Part shown: positions 21,357 to 40,709 of the stretch, piece by piece
How the letters are laid out: each line of letters opens with the position of its first letter
Position numbering within the stretch: the stretch's first letter is position 1
Assembly (NCBI RefSeq): GCF_009914755.1
Contig: NC_060948.1
DNA: 64,000 nucleotides
DNA from: the human T2T-CHM13v2.0 reference genome, Homo sapiens
Strand: one strand, 5' to 3'
Position numbers and translations under genes: made by a program
Notes under the pieces: model-generated
What the model saw: only the letters and a program-made list of their open reading frames with translations
What the model was told of the DNA's origin: nothing
Databases searched by the model: none

Positions 21357-23458
21357 AGATCCATATTTTTTAAATGAAAAAAAATTTCAAAGGTACTCTG
21401 CTTGGTACAATAATCAAATGTATAAACTGAGGAATAAAACATAACCATGAAACCTACTTATAACTGCATATGGAAAATACAGAGGATAATTTTTTAAATA
21501 ACATATTTTGAAAGCCTTAACTAGTAATTTGAAGAGTTGGCATTTGAAAGGCCAGTATGAATATACCTTCAAAGCAGCAACACAGGTTCCCCATGAGAAA
21601 AAGCAAACACAGGGAAAATAAAAACACAAAGGTTCAATCTCTTCTGACCTTTGAAAGACACAGCACAGACAGTGGTCCTTAGGACGAAGAGCAGGAGACC
21701 CCTAATTCCGTCACCATGGCGATAGGGCATAAACATTGCTGGGTGAGGGCACAATCCACATTGTGAGGTCCAACTGCTGCCAGGAAGACAGGAGTGCTTT
21801 TACATAGACCGAAAGGTCATTGAAGGCTCAGAGTTTTGTTTCAAGAACTGAATCCCAAGCCCACACGTTATTAGGCTGCGCTTCTTAAAACAAGTTATGA
21901 GATGGGAAAAAGGGCACCCACAAACATACGTATACATTATGTATATAATAATATACAGTATCATATATATAATATATATAACCTATGTATAATATTGTTT
22001 TACATCCTGCATCTTATGTTATATATATTGTAAAAAATTAATAATTGATAATATATAAGTTTTATAATTATACAATATGACATGTAGTATATATTATAAT
22101 TTATGACATATATAATATATGTTATATTTCATATATAGAATATATTATACGGTTAATATACGTATTAAATATAAATCATACATTATATATATTATATATA
22201 ATATATCTGTTATATATAATACCCATTATGCATAATATATATATTATGTCTGTTATATATAGTATAAAACAACATATAATAATATATAATTGTATATATA
22301 AAATGCGACTTATAATATATATTATATTTTATAACATATGTAATATATATTATATATTATATATAATACGTTGTATGTATAATACCTATATTAAATATAT
22401 ATTATATGACTATGTTATTAATTACATGTCACATGTGTTATATATTATATATTTTACATAGAATATACCGGTTACATACAATATATACTATGTTACCTAT
22501 AATGTATAATTTATTACATGTAAAATAAATAATGCAATATATTATGTATAATTTATAATATACCACATGTGGAATGTGATATATATAACATATAATATAT
22601 GATATATGATATACAGTATATGATATATAACATACAATATATGATTCCTAATATATATGGTATACAATATATATTTTATGATATGTATTCTATATGTTTT
22701 ATATTCTGTTATATATAACTATTTGAAATTATATATAACTGTATAATATTTTATGTAAATATGTAATATAATATATATAACTATATAATATATTATATAT
22801 AACTATATATTATGTTATATATACTTTTATAACATAATTTACATAAAATATCATAATATAATATATATTATATTATTTCATGTTACATAATATATATTAC
22901 GTATCACCCAATATAACTAACATACATAATATTATAATATAGATTATATTGTGTTATATTAAATATCATATATATCATGTATCATATATTCTATAATATA
23001 TATTACACATTATATAATATGTATGTTGTCTATTATGTGATATATATAACTATATATATAATTATATTTTTATACATATAACTAGATAAACATGTAATTC
23101 TACATATTTTCATTTATAATATGTAGAATTATATAATCATATATAATTATTTATATTCTATAAAAAATTTTATCATTATATAAATTATAATATATAAAAA
23201 TTATAATATGTACTACAAATATATATATTATATATCATATATGATATAGTACCTTTGTTATATATCATAATACATATAAATGTGTATTATGTTATCTATA
23301 ATTATATAATTTCATATATAAGATGTATAATATGTATCATATATTATATAAGTTATGTATTATATATAGTATATATAAGATGACACAGGATAAATATTAT
23401 ATACTATGACATATATAATATATGAGGTTATATGTTACATATAAGGCATAGCACATAA

Positions 23459-23773
<315 letters not shown>

Positions 23774-25878
23774 AGATCCATATTTTTTAAATGAAAAAAA
23801 ATTTCAAAGGTACTCTGCTTGGTACAATAATCAAATGTATAAACTGAGGAATAAAACATAACCATGAAACCTACATATAACTGCATATGGAAAATACAGA
23901 GGATAATTTTTTAAATAACATATTTTGAAAGCCTTAACTAGTAATTTGAAGAGTTGGCATTTGAAAGGCCAGTATGAATATACCTTCAAAGCAGCAACAC
24001 AGGTTCCCCATGAGAAAAAGCAAGCACAGGGAAAACAAAAACACAAAGGTTCAATCTCTTCTGACCTTTGAAAGACACAGCACAGACAGTGGTCCTTAGG
24101 ACGAAGAGCAGGAGACCCCTAATTCCGTCACCATGGCGATAGGGCATAAACATTGCTGGGTGAGGGCACAATCCACATTGTGAGGTCCAACTGCTGCCAG
24201 GAAGACAGGAGTGCTTTTACATAGACCGAAAGGTCATTGAAGGCTCAGAGTTTTGTTTCAAGAACTGAATCCCAAGCCCACACGTTATTAGGCTGCGCTT
24301 CTTAAAACAAGTTATGAGATGGGAAAAAGGGCACCAACAAACATACATATACATTATGTATATAATAATATACAGTATCATATATATAATATATATAACC
24401 TATGTATAATATTGTTTTACATCCTGCATCTTATGTTATATATATTGTATAAAATATAATAATTGATAATATATAAGTTTTATAATTATACAATATGACA
24501 TATAGTATATATTATAATTTATGACATATATAATATATGTTATATGTCATATATAGAATATATTGTACGGTTAATATACGTATTAAATATAAATAATACA
24601 TTATATATATTATATATAATATATCTGTTATATATAATACCCATTATGCATAATATATATATTATGTCTATGTTATATATAGTATAAAACAACATATAAT
24701 AATATATAATTGTATATATAAAATGCGACATATAATATATATTATATTTTATAACATATGTAATATATATTATATATTATATATAATACGTTGTATTTAT
24801 AATACCTATATTAAATATATATTATATGACTATGTTATTAATTACATGTCACATGTGTTATATATTATATATTTTACATAGAATATACCGGTTACATACA
24901 ATATATACTATGTTACCTATAATGTATAATTTATTACATGTAAAATAAATAATGCAATATATTATGTATAATTTATAATATACCATATGTGGAATGTGAT
25001 ATATATAACATATAATATATGATATATGATATACAGTATATGATATATAACATACAATATATGATTCCTAATATATATGGTATGCAATATATATTTTATG
25101 ATATGTATTCTATATGTTTTATATTCTGTTATATATAACTATTTGAAATTATATATAATTGCATAATATTTTATGTAAATATGTAATATAATATATATAA
25201 CTATATAATATATTATATATAACTATATATTATGTTATATATACTTTTATAACATAATTTACATAAAATATCATAATATAATATATATTATATTATTTCA
25301 TATTACATAATATATATTACATATCACCCAATATAACTAACATACATAATATTATAATATAGATTATATTGTGTTATATTAAATATCATATATATCATGT
25401 ATCATATATTCTATAATATATATTACACATTATATAATATGTATGTTGTCTATTATGTGATATATATAACTATATATATAATTATATTTTTATACATATA
25501 ACTAGATAAACATGTAATTCTACATATTTTCATTTATAATATGTAGAATTATATAATCATATATAATTATTTATATTCTATAAAAAATTTTATCATTATA
25601 TAAATTATAATATATAAAAATTATAATATGTACTACAAATATATATATTATATATCATATATGATATAGTACCTTTGTTATATATCATAATACATATAAA
25701 TGTGTATTATGTTATCTATAATTATATAATTTCATATATAAGATGTATAATATGTATCATATATTATATAAGTTATGTATTATATATAGTATATATAAGA
25801 TGACACAGGATAAATATTATATACTATGACATATATAATATATGAGGTTATATGTTACATATAAGGCATAGCACATAA

Positions 25879-26193
<315 letters not shown>

Positions 26194-28298
26194 AGATCCA
26201 TATTTTTTAAATGAAAAAAAATTTCAAAGGTACTCTGCTTGGTACAATAATCAAATGTATAAACTGAGGAATAAAACATAACCATGAAACCTACATATAA
26301 CTGCATATGGAAAATACAGAGGATAATTTTTTAAATAACATATTTTGAAAGCCTTAACTAGTAATTTGAAGAGTTGGCATTTGAAAGGCCAGTATGAATA
26401 TACCTTCAAAGCAGCAACACAGGTTCCCCATGAGAAAAAGCAAGCACAGGGAAAACAAAAACACAAAGGTTCAATCTCTTCTGACCTTTGAAAGACACAG
26501 CACAGACAGTGGTCCTTAGGACGAAGAGCAGGAGACCCCTAATTCCGTCACCATGGCGATAGGGCATAAACATTGCTGGGTGAGGGCACAATCCACATTG
26601 TGAGGTCCAACTGCTGCCAGGAAGACAGGAGTGCTTTTACATAGACCGAAAGGTCATTGAAGGCTCAGAGTTTTGTTTCAAGAACTGAATCCCAAGCCCA
26701 CACGTTATTAGGCTGCGCTTCTTAAAACAAGTTATGAGATGGGAAAAAGGGCACCAACAAACATACATATACATTATGTATATAATAATATACAGTATCA
26801 TATATATAATATATATAACCTATGTATAATATTGTTTTACATCCTGCATCTTATGTTATATATATTGTATAAAATATAATAATTGATAATATATAAGTTT
26901 TATAATTATACAATATGACATATAGTATATATTATAATTTATGACATATATAATATATGTTATATGTCATATATAGAATATATTGTACGGTTAATATACG
27001 TATTAAATATAAATTATACATTATATATATTATATATAATATATCTGTTATATATAATACCCATTATGCATAATATATATATTATGTCTATGTTATATAT
27101 AGTATAAAACAACATATAATAATATATAATTGTATATATAAAATGCGACATATAATATATATTATATTTTATAACATATGTAATATATATTATATATTAT
27201 ATATAATACGTTGTATGTATAATACCTATATTAAATATATATTATATGACTATGTTATTAATTACATGTCACATGTGTTATATATTATATATTTTACATA
27301 GAATATACCGGTTACATACAATATATACTATGTTACCTATAATGTATAATTTATTACATGTAAAATAAATAATGCAATATATTATGTATAATTTATAATA
27401 TACCATATGTGGAATGTGATATATATAACATATAATATATGATATATGATATACAGTATATGATATATAACATACAATATATGATTCCTAATATATATGG
27501 TATGCAATATATATTTTATGATATGTATTCTATATGTTTTATATTCTGTTATATATAACTATTTGAAATTATATATAATTGCATAATATTTTATGTAAAT
27601 ATGTAATATAATATATATAACTATATAATATATTATATATAACTATATATTATGTTATATATACTTTTATAACATAATTTACATAAAATATCATAATATA
27701 ATATATATTATATTATTTCATATTACATAATATATATTACATATCACCCAATATAACTAACATACATAATATTATAATATAGATTATATTGTGTTATATT
27801 AAATATCATATATATCATGTATCATATATTCTATAATATATATTACACATTATATAATATGTATGTTGTCTATTATGTGATATATATAACTATATATATA
27901 ATTATATTTTTATACATATAACTAGATAAACATGTAATTCTACATATTTTCATTTATAATATGTAGAATTATATAATCATATATAATTATTTATATTCTA
28001 TAAAAAATTTTATCATTATATAAATTATAATATATAAAAATTATAATATGTACTACAAATATATATATTATATATCATATATGATATAGTACCTTTGTTA
28101 TATATCATAATACATATAAATGTGTATTATGTTATCTATAATTATATAATTTCATATATAAGATGTATAATATGTATCATATATTATATAAGTTATGTAA
28201 TATATATAGTATATATAAGATGACACAGGATAAATATTATATACTATGACATATAAAATATATGAGGTTATATGTTACATATAAGGCATAGCACATAA

Positions 28299-28613
<315 letters not shown>

Positions 28614-30716
28614 AGATCCATATTTTTTAAATGAAAAAAAATTTCAAAGGTACTCTGCTTGGTACAATAATCAAATGTATAAACTGAGGAATAAAACATA
28701 ACCATGAAACCTACTTATAACTGCATATGGAAAATACAGAGGATAATTTTTTAAATAACATATTTTGAAAGCCTTAACTAGTAATTTGAAGAGTTGGCAT
28801 TTGAAAGGCCAGTATGAATATACCTTCAAAGCAGCAACACAGGTTCCCCATGAGAAAAAGCAAACACAGGGAAAATAAAAACACAAAGGTTCAATCTCTT
28901 CTGACCTTTGAAAGACACAGCACAGACAGTGGTCCTTAGGACGAAGAGCAGGAGACCCCTAATTCCGTCACCATGGCGATAGGGCATAAACATTGCTGGG
29001 TGAGGGCACAATCCACATTGTGAGGTCCAACTGCTGCCAGGAAGACAGGAGTGCTTTTACATAGACCGAAAGGTCATTGAAGGCTCAGAGTTTTGTTTCA
29101 AGAACTGAATCCCAAGCCCACACGTTATTAGGCTGCGCTTCTTAAAACAAGTTATGAGATGGGAAAAAGGGCACCCACAAACATACGTATACATTATGTA
29201 TATAATAATATACAGTATCATATATATAATATATATAACCTATGTATAATATTGTTTTACATCCTGCATCTTATGTTATATATATTGTAAAAAATATAAT
29301 AATTGATAATATATAAGTTTTATAATTATACAATATGACATGTAGTATATATTATAATTTATGACATATATAATATATGTTATATTTCATATATAGAATA
29401 TATTATACGGTTAATATACGTATTAAATATAAATCATACATTATATATATTATATATAATATATCTGTTATATATAATACCCATTATGCATAATATATAT
29501 ATTATGTCTGTTATATATAGTATAAAACAACATATAATAATATATAATTGTATATATAAAATGCGACATATAATATATATTATATTTTATAACATATGTA
29601 ATATATATTATATATTATATATAATACGTTGTATGTATAATACCTATATTAAATATATATTATATGACTATGTTATTAATTACATGTCACATGTGTTATA
29701 TATTATATATTTTACATAGAATATACCGGTTACATACAATATATACTATGTTACCTATAATGTATAATTTATTACATGTAAAATAAATAATGCAATATAT
29801 TATGTATAATTTATAATATACCATATGTGGAATGTGATATATATAACATATAATATATGATATATGATATACAGTATATGATATATAACATACAATATAT
29901 GATTCCTAATATATATGGTATACAATATATATTTTATGATATGTATTCTATATGTTTTATATTCTGTTATATATAACTATTTGAAATTATATATAACTGT
30001 ATAATATTTTATGTAAATATGTAATATAATATATATAACTATATAATATATTATATATAACTATATATTATGTTATATATACTTTTATAACATAATTTAC
30101 ATAAAATATCATAATATAATATATATTATATTATTTCATGTTACATAATATATATTACGTATCACCCAATATAACTAACATACATAATATTATAATATAG
30201 ATTATATTGTGTTATATTAAATATCATATATATCATGTATCATATATTCTATAATATATATTACACATTATATAATATGTATGTTGTCTATTATGTGATA
30301 TATATAACTATATATATAATTATATTTTTATACATATAACTAGATAAACATGTAATTCTACATATTTTCATTTATAATATGTAGAATTATATAATCATAT
30401 ATAATTATTTATATTCTATAAAAAATTTTATCATTATATAAATTATAATATATAAAAATTATAATATGTACTACAAATATATTTATTATATATCATATAT
30501 GATATAGTACCTTTGTTATATATCATAATACATATAAATGTGTATTATGTTATCTATAATTATATAATTTCATATATAAGATGTATAATATGTATCATAT
30601 ATTATATAAGTTATGTATTATATATAGTATATATAAGATGACACAGGATAAATATTATATACTATGACATATAAAATATATGAGGTTATATGTTACATAT
30701 AAGGCATAGCACATAA

Positions 30717-31031
<315 letters not shown>

Positions 31032-33136
31032 AGATCCATATTTTTTAAATGAAAAAAAATTTCAAAGGTACTCTGCTTGGTACAATAATCAAATGTATAA
31101 ACTGAGGAATAAAACATAACCATGAAACCTACATATAACTGCATATGGAAAATACAGAGGATAATTTTTTAAATAACATATTTTGAAAGCCTTAACTAGT
31201 AATTTGAAGAGTTGGCATTTGAAAGGCCAGTATGAATATACCTTCAAAGCAGCAACACAGGTTCCCCATGAGAAAAAGCAAGCACAGGGAAAACAAAAAC
31301 ACAAAGGTTCAATCTCTTCTGACCTTTGAAAGACACAGCACAGACAGTGGTCCTTAGGACGAAGAGCAGGAGACCCCTAATTCCGTCACCATGGCGATAG
31401 GGCATAAACATTGCTGGGTGAGGGCACAATCCACATTGTGAGGTCCAACTGCTGCCAGGAAGACAGGAGTGCTTTTACATAGACCGAAAGGTCATTGAAG
31501 GCTCAGAGTTTTGTTTCAAGAACTGAATCCCAAGCCCACACGTTATTAGGCTGCGCTTCTTAAAACAAGTTATGAGATGGGAAAAAGGGCACCAACAAAC
31601 ATACATATACATTATGTATATAATAATATACAGTATCATATATATAATATATATAACCTATGTATAATATTGTTTTACATCCTGCATCTTATGTTATATA
31701 TATTGTATAAAATATAATAATTGATAATATATAAGTTTTATAATTATACAATATGACATATAGTATATATTATAATTTATGACATATATAATATATGTTA
31801 TATGTCATATATAGAATATATTGTACGGTTAATATACGTATTAAATATAAATTATACATTATATATATTATATATAATATATCTGTTATATATAATACCC
31901 ATTATGCATAATATATATATTATGTCTATGTTATATATAGTATAAAACAACATATAATAATATATAATTGTATATATAAAATGCGACATATAATATATAT
32001 TATATTTTATAACATATGTAATATATATTATATATTATATATAATACGTTGTATGTATAATACCTATATTAAATATATATTATATGACTATGTTATTAAT
32101 TACATGTCACATGTGTTATATATTATATATTTTACATAGAATATACCGGTTACATACAATATATACTATGTTACCTATAATGTATAATTTATTACATGTA
32201 AAATAAATAATGCAATATATTATGTATAATTTATAATATACCATATGTGGAATGTGATATATATAACATATAATATATGATATATGATATACAGTATATG
32301 ATATATAACATACAATATATGATTCCTAATATATATGGTATGCAATATATATTTTATGATATGTATTCTATATGTTTTATATTCTGTTATATATAACTAT
32401 TTGAAATTATATATAATTGCATAATATTTTATGTAAATATGTAATATAATATATATAACTATATAATATATTATATATAACTATATATTATGTTATATAT
32501 ACTTTTATAACATAATTTACATAAAATATCATAATATAATATATATTATATTATTTCATATTACATAATATATATTACATATCACCCAATATAACTAACA
32601 TACATAATATTATAATATAGATTATATTGTGTTATATTAAATATCATATATATCATGTATCATATATTCAATAATATATATTACACATTATATAATATGT
32701 ATGTTGTCTATTATGTGATATATATAACTCTATATATAATTATATTTTTATACATATAACTAGATAAACATGTAATTCTACATATTTTCATTTATAATAT
32801 GTAGAATTATATAATCATATATAATTATTTATATTCTATAAAAAATTTTATCATTATATAAATTATAATATATAAAAATTATAATATGTACTACAAATAT
32901 ATATATTATATATCATATATGATATAGTACCTTTGTTATATATCATAATACATATAAATGTGTATTATGTTATCTATAATTATATAATTTCATATATAAG
33001 ATGTATAATATGTATCATATATTATATAAGTTATGTAATATATATAGTATATATAAGATGACACAGGATAAATATTATATACTATGACATATAAAATATA
33101 TGAGGTTATATGTTACATATAAGGCATAGCACATAA

Positions 33137-33451
<315 letters not shown>

Positions 33452-35554
33452 AGATCCATATTTTTTAAATGAAAAAAAATTTCAAAGGTACTCTGCTTGG
33501 TACAATAATCAAATGTATAAACTGAGGAATAAAACATAACCATGAAACCTACTTATAACTCCATATGGAAAATACAGAGGATAATTTTTTAAATAACATA
33601 TTTTGAAAGCCTTAACTAGTAATTTGAAGAGTTGGCATTTGAAAGTCCAGTATGAATATACCTTCAAAGCAGCAACACAGGTTCCCCATGAGAAAAAGCA
33701 AACACAGGGAAAATAAAAACACAAAGGTTCACTCTGTTCTGACCATTGAAAAACACAGCACAGACAGTGGCCCTTAGGACCAAGAGGAGGAGATCCCTAA
33801 TCCCGTCACCATGGCGATAGGGAATAAACATTGCTGGGTGAGGGCACAATCCACATTGTGAGGTCCAACTGCTGCCAGGAAGACAGGAGTGCTTTTACAT
33901 AGACCGAAAGGTCATTGAAGGCTCAGAGTTTTGTTTCAAGAACTGAATCCCAAGCCCACACGTTATTAGGCTGCGCTTCTTAAAACAAGTTATGAGATGG
34001 GAAAAAGGGCACCCACAAACATACGTATACATTATGTATATAATAATATACAGTATCATATATATAATATATATAACCTATGTATAATATTGTTTTACAT
34101 CCTGCATCTTATGTTATATATATTGTAAAAAATATAATAATTGATAATATATAAGTTTTATAATTATACAATATGACATGTAGTATATATTATAATTTAT
34201 GACATATATAATATATGTTATATTTCATATATAGAATATATTATACGGTTAATATACGTATTAAATATAAATCATACATTATATATATTATATATAATAT
34301 ATCTGTTATATATAATACCCATTATGCATAATATATATATTATGTCTGTTATATATAGTATAAAACAACATATAATAATATATAATTGTATATATAAAAT
34401 GCGACATATAATATATATTATATTTTATAACATATGTAATATATATTATATATTATATATAATACGTTGTATGTATAATACCTATATTAAATATATATTA
34501 TATGACTATGTTATTAATTACATGTCACATGTGTTATATATTATATATTTTACATAGAATATACCGGTTACATACAATATATACTATGTTACCTATAATG
34601 TATAATTTATTACATGTAAAATAAATAATGCAATATATTATGTATAATTTATAATATACCATATGTGGAATGTGATATATATAACATATAATATATGATA
34701 TATGATATACAGTATATGATATATAACATACAATATATGATTCCTAATATATATGGTATACAATATATATTTTATGATAAGTATTCTATATGTTTTATAT
34801 TCTGTTATATATAACTATTTGAAATTATATATAACTGTATAATATTTTATGTAAATATGTAATATAATATATATAACTATATAATATATTATATATAACT
34901 ATATATTATGTTATATATACTTTTATAACATAATTTACATAAAATATCATAATATAATATATATTATATTATTTCATGTTACATAATATATATTACGTAT
35001 CACCCAATATAACTAACATACATAATATAATAATATAGATTATATTGTGTTATATTAAATATCATATATATCATGTATCATATATTCTATAATATATATT
35101 ACACATTATATAATATGTATGTTGTCTATTATGTGATATATATAACTATATATATAATTATATTTTTATACATATAACTAGATAAACATGTAATTCTACA
35201 TATTTTCATTTATAATATGTAGAATTATATAATCATATATAATTATTTATATTCTATAAAAAATTTTATCATTATATAAATTATAATATATAAAAATTAT
35301 AATATGTACTACAAATATATATATTATATATCATATATGATATAGTACCTTTGTTATATATCATAATACATATAAATGTGTATTATGTTATCTATAATTA
35401 TATAATTTCATATATAAGATGTATAATATGTATCATATATTATATAAGTTATGTAATATATATAGTATATATAAGATGACACAGGATAAATATTATATAC
35501 TATGACATATAAAAAATATGAGGTTATATGTTACATATAAGGCATAGCACATAA

Positions 35555-35869
<315 letters not shown>

Positions 35870-37974
35870 AGATCCATATTTTTTAAATGAAAAAAAATTT
35901 CAAAGGTACTCAGCTTGGTATAATAATCAAATGTATAAACTGAGGAATAAAACATAACCATGAAACCTACTTATAACTGCATATGGAAAATACAGAGGAT
36001 AATTTTTTAAATAACATATTTTGAAAGCCTTAACTAGTAATTTGAAGAGTTGGCATTTGAAAGGCCAGTATGAATATACCTTCAAAGCAGCAACACAGGT
36101 TCCCCATGAGAAAAAGCAAACACAGGGAAAACAAAAACACAAAGGTTCAATCTCTTCTGACCTTTGAAAGACACAGCACAGACAGTGGTCCTTAGGACGA
36201 AGAGCAGGAGACCCCTAATTCCGTCACCATGGCGATAGGGCATAAACATTGCTGGGTGAGGGCACAATCCACATTGTGAGGTCCAACTGCTGCCAGGAAG
36301 ACAGGAGTGCTTTTACATAGACCGAAAGGTCATTGAAGGCTCAGAGTTTTGTTTCAAGAACTGAATCCCAAGCCCACACGTTATTAGGCTGCGCTTCTTC
36401 AAACAAGTTATGAGATGGGAAAAAGGGCACCCACAAACATACGTATACATTATGTATATAATAATATACAGTATCATATATATAATATATATAACCTATG
36501 TATAATATTGTTTTACATCCTGCATCTTATGTTATATATATTGTATAAAATATAATAATTGATAATATATAAGTTTTATAATTATACAATAAGACATATA
36601 GTATATATTATAATTTATGACATATATAATATATGTTATATGTCATATATAGATTATATTATACGGTTAATATACGTATTAAATATAAATTATACATTAT
36701 ATATATTATATATATTATATCTGTTATATATAATACCCATTATGCATAATATATATATTATGTCTATGTTATATATAGTATAAAACAACATATAATAATA
36801 TATAATTGTATACATAAAATGCGACATATAATATATATTATATTTTATAACATATGTAATATGTATTATATATTATATATAATACGTTGTATGTATAATA
36901 CCTATATTAAATATATATTATATGACTATGTTATTAATTACATGTCACATGTGTTATATATTATATATTTTACATAGAATATACCGGTTACATACAATAT
37001 ATACTATGTTACCTATAATGTATAATTTATTACATGTAAAATAAAGAATGCAATATATTATGTATAATTTATAATATACCATATGTGGAATGTGATATAT
37101 ATAACATATAATATATAATATATGTTATACAGTATATGATATATAACATACAATATATGATTCCTAATATATATGGTATACAATATATATTTTATGATAT
37201 GTATTCTATATGTTTTATATTCTGTTATATATAACTATTTGAAATTATATATAACTGTACAATATTTTATGTAAATATGTAATATAATATATATAACTAT
37301 ATAATATATTATATATAACTATATATTATGTTATATATACTTTTATAACATAATTTACATAAAATATCATAATACAATATATATTATATTATTTCATATT
37401 ACATAATATATATTACATATCACCCAATATAACTAACATAGATAATATTATAATATAGATTATATTATGTTATATTAAATATCATATATATCATGTATCA
37501 TATATTCTATAATATATATAACACATTATATAATATGTATGTTGTCTATTATGTGATATATATAACTATATATATAATTATATTTTTATACATATAACTA
37601 GATAAACATGTAATTCTACATATTTTCATTTATAATATGTAGAATTATATAATCATATATAATTATTTATATTCTATAAAAAATTTTATCATTATATAAA
37701 TTATAATATATAAAAATTATAATATGTACTACAAATATATATATTATATATCATATATGATATAGTACCTTTGTTATATATCATAATACATATAAATGTG
37801 TATTATGTTATCTATAATTATATAATTTCATATATAAGATGTATAATATGTATCATATATTATATATGTTATGTAATATATATAGTATATATAAGATGAC
37901 ACAGGATAAATATTATATACTATGACATATAAAATATATCAGGTTATATGTTACATATAAGGCATAGCACATAA

Positions 37975-38289
<315 letters not shown>

Positions 38290-40394
38290 AGATCCATATT
38301 TTTTAAATGAAAAAAAATTTCAAAGGTACTCTGCTTGGTACAATAATCAAATGTATAAACTGAGGAATAAAACATAACCATGAAACCTACTTATAACTGC
38401 ATATGGAAAATACAGAGGATAATTTTTTAAATAACATATTTTGAAAGCCTTAACTAGTAATTTGAAGAGTTGGCATTTGAAAGGCCAGTATGAATATACC
38501 TTCAAAGCAGCAACACAGGTTCCCCATGAGAAAAAGCAAACACAGGGAAAACAAAAACACAAAGGTTCAATCTCTTCTGACCTTTGAAAGACACAGCACA
38601 GACAGTGGTCCTTAGGACGAAGAGCAGGAGACCCCTAATTCCGTCACCATGGCGATAGGGCATAAACATTGCTGGGTGAGGGCACAATCCACATTGTGAG
38701 GTCCAACTGCTGCCAGGAAGACAGGAGTGCTTTTACATAGACCGAAAGGTCATTGAAGGCTCAGAGTTTTGTTTCAAGAACTGAATCCCAAGCCCACACG
38801 TTATTAGGCTGCGCTTCTTCAAACAAGTTATGAGATGGGAAAAAGGGCACCCACAAACATACGTATACATTATGTATATAATAATATACAGTATCATATA
38901 TATAATATATATAACCTATGTATAATATTGTTTTACATCCTGCATCTTATGTTATATATATTGTATAAAATATAATAATTGATAATATATAAGTTTTATA
39001 ATTATACAATAAGACATATAGTATATATTATAATTTATGACATATATAATATATGTTATATGTCATATATAGATTATATTATACGGTTAATATACGTATT
39101 AAATATAAATTATACATTATATATATTATATATATTATATCTGTTATATATAATACCCATTATGCATAATATATATATTATGTCTATGTTATATATAGTA
39201 TAAAACAACATATAATAATATATAATTGTATACATAAAATGCGACATATAATATATATTATATTTTATAACATATGTAATATGTATTATATATTATATAT
39301 AATACGTTGTATGTATAATACCTATATTAAATATATATTATATGACTATGTTATTAATTACATGTCACATGTGTTATATATTATATATTTTACATAGAAT
39401 ATACCGGTTACATACAATATATACTATGTTACCTATAATGTATAATTTATTACATGTAAAATAAAGAATGCAATATATTATGTATAATTTATAATATACC
39501 ATATGTGGAATGTGATATATATAACATATAATATATAATATATGATATACAGTATATGATATATAACATACAATATATGATTCCTAATATATATGGTATA
39601 CAATATATATTTTATGATATGTATTCTATATGTTTTATATTCTGTTATATATAACTATTTGAAATTATATATAACTGTACAATATTTTATGTAAATATGT
39701 AATATAATATATATAACTATATAATATATTATATATAACTATATATTATGTTATATATACTTTTATAACATAATTTACATAAAATATCATAATACAATAT
39801 ATATTATATTATTTCATATTACATAATATATATTACATATCACCCAATATAACTAACATAGATAATATTATAATATAGATTATATTATGTTATATTAAAT
39901 ATCATATATATCATGTATCATATATTCTATAATATATATAACACATTATATAATATGTATGTTGTCTATTATGTGATATATATAACTATATATATAATTA
40001 TATTTTTATACATATAACTAGATAAACATGTAATTCTACATATTTTCATTTATAATATGTAGAATTATATAATCATATATAATTATTTATATTCTATAAA
40101 AAATTTTATCATTATATAAATTATAATATATAAAAATTATAATATGTACTACAAATATATATATTATATATCATATATGATATAGTACCTTTGTTATATA
40201 TCATAATACATATAAATGTGTATTATGTTATCTATAATTATATAATTTCATATATAAGATGTATAATATGTATCATATATTATATATGTTATGTAATATA
40301 TATAGTATATATAAGATGACACAGGATAAATATTATATACTATGACATATAAAATATATCAGGTTATATGTTACATATAAGGCATAGCACATAA

Positions 40395-40709
<315 letters not shown>

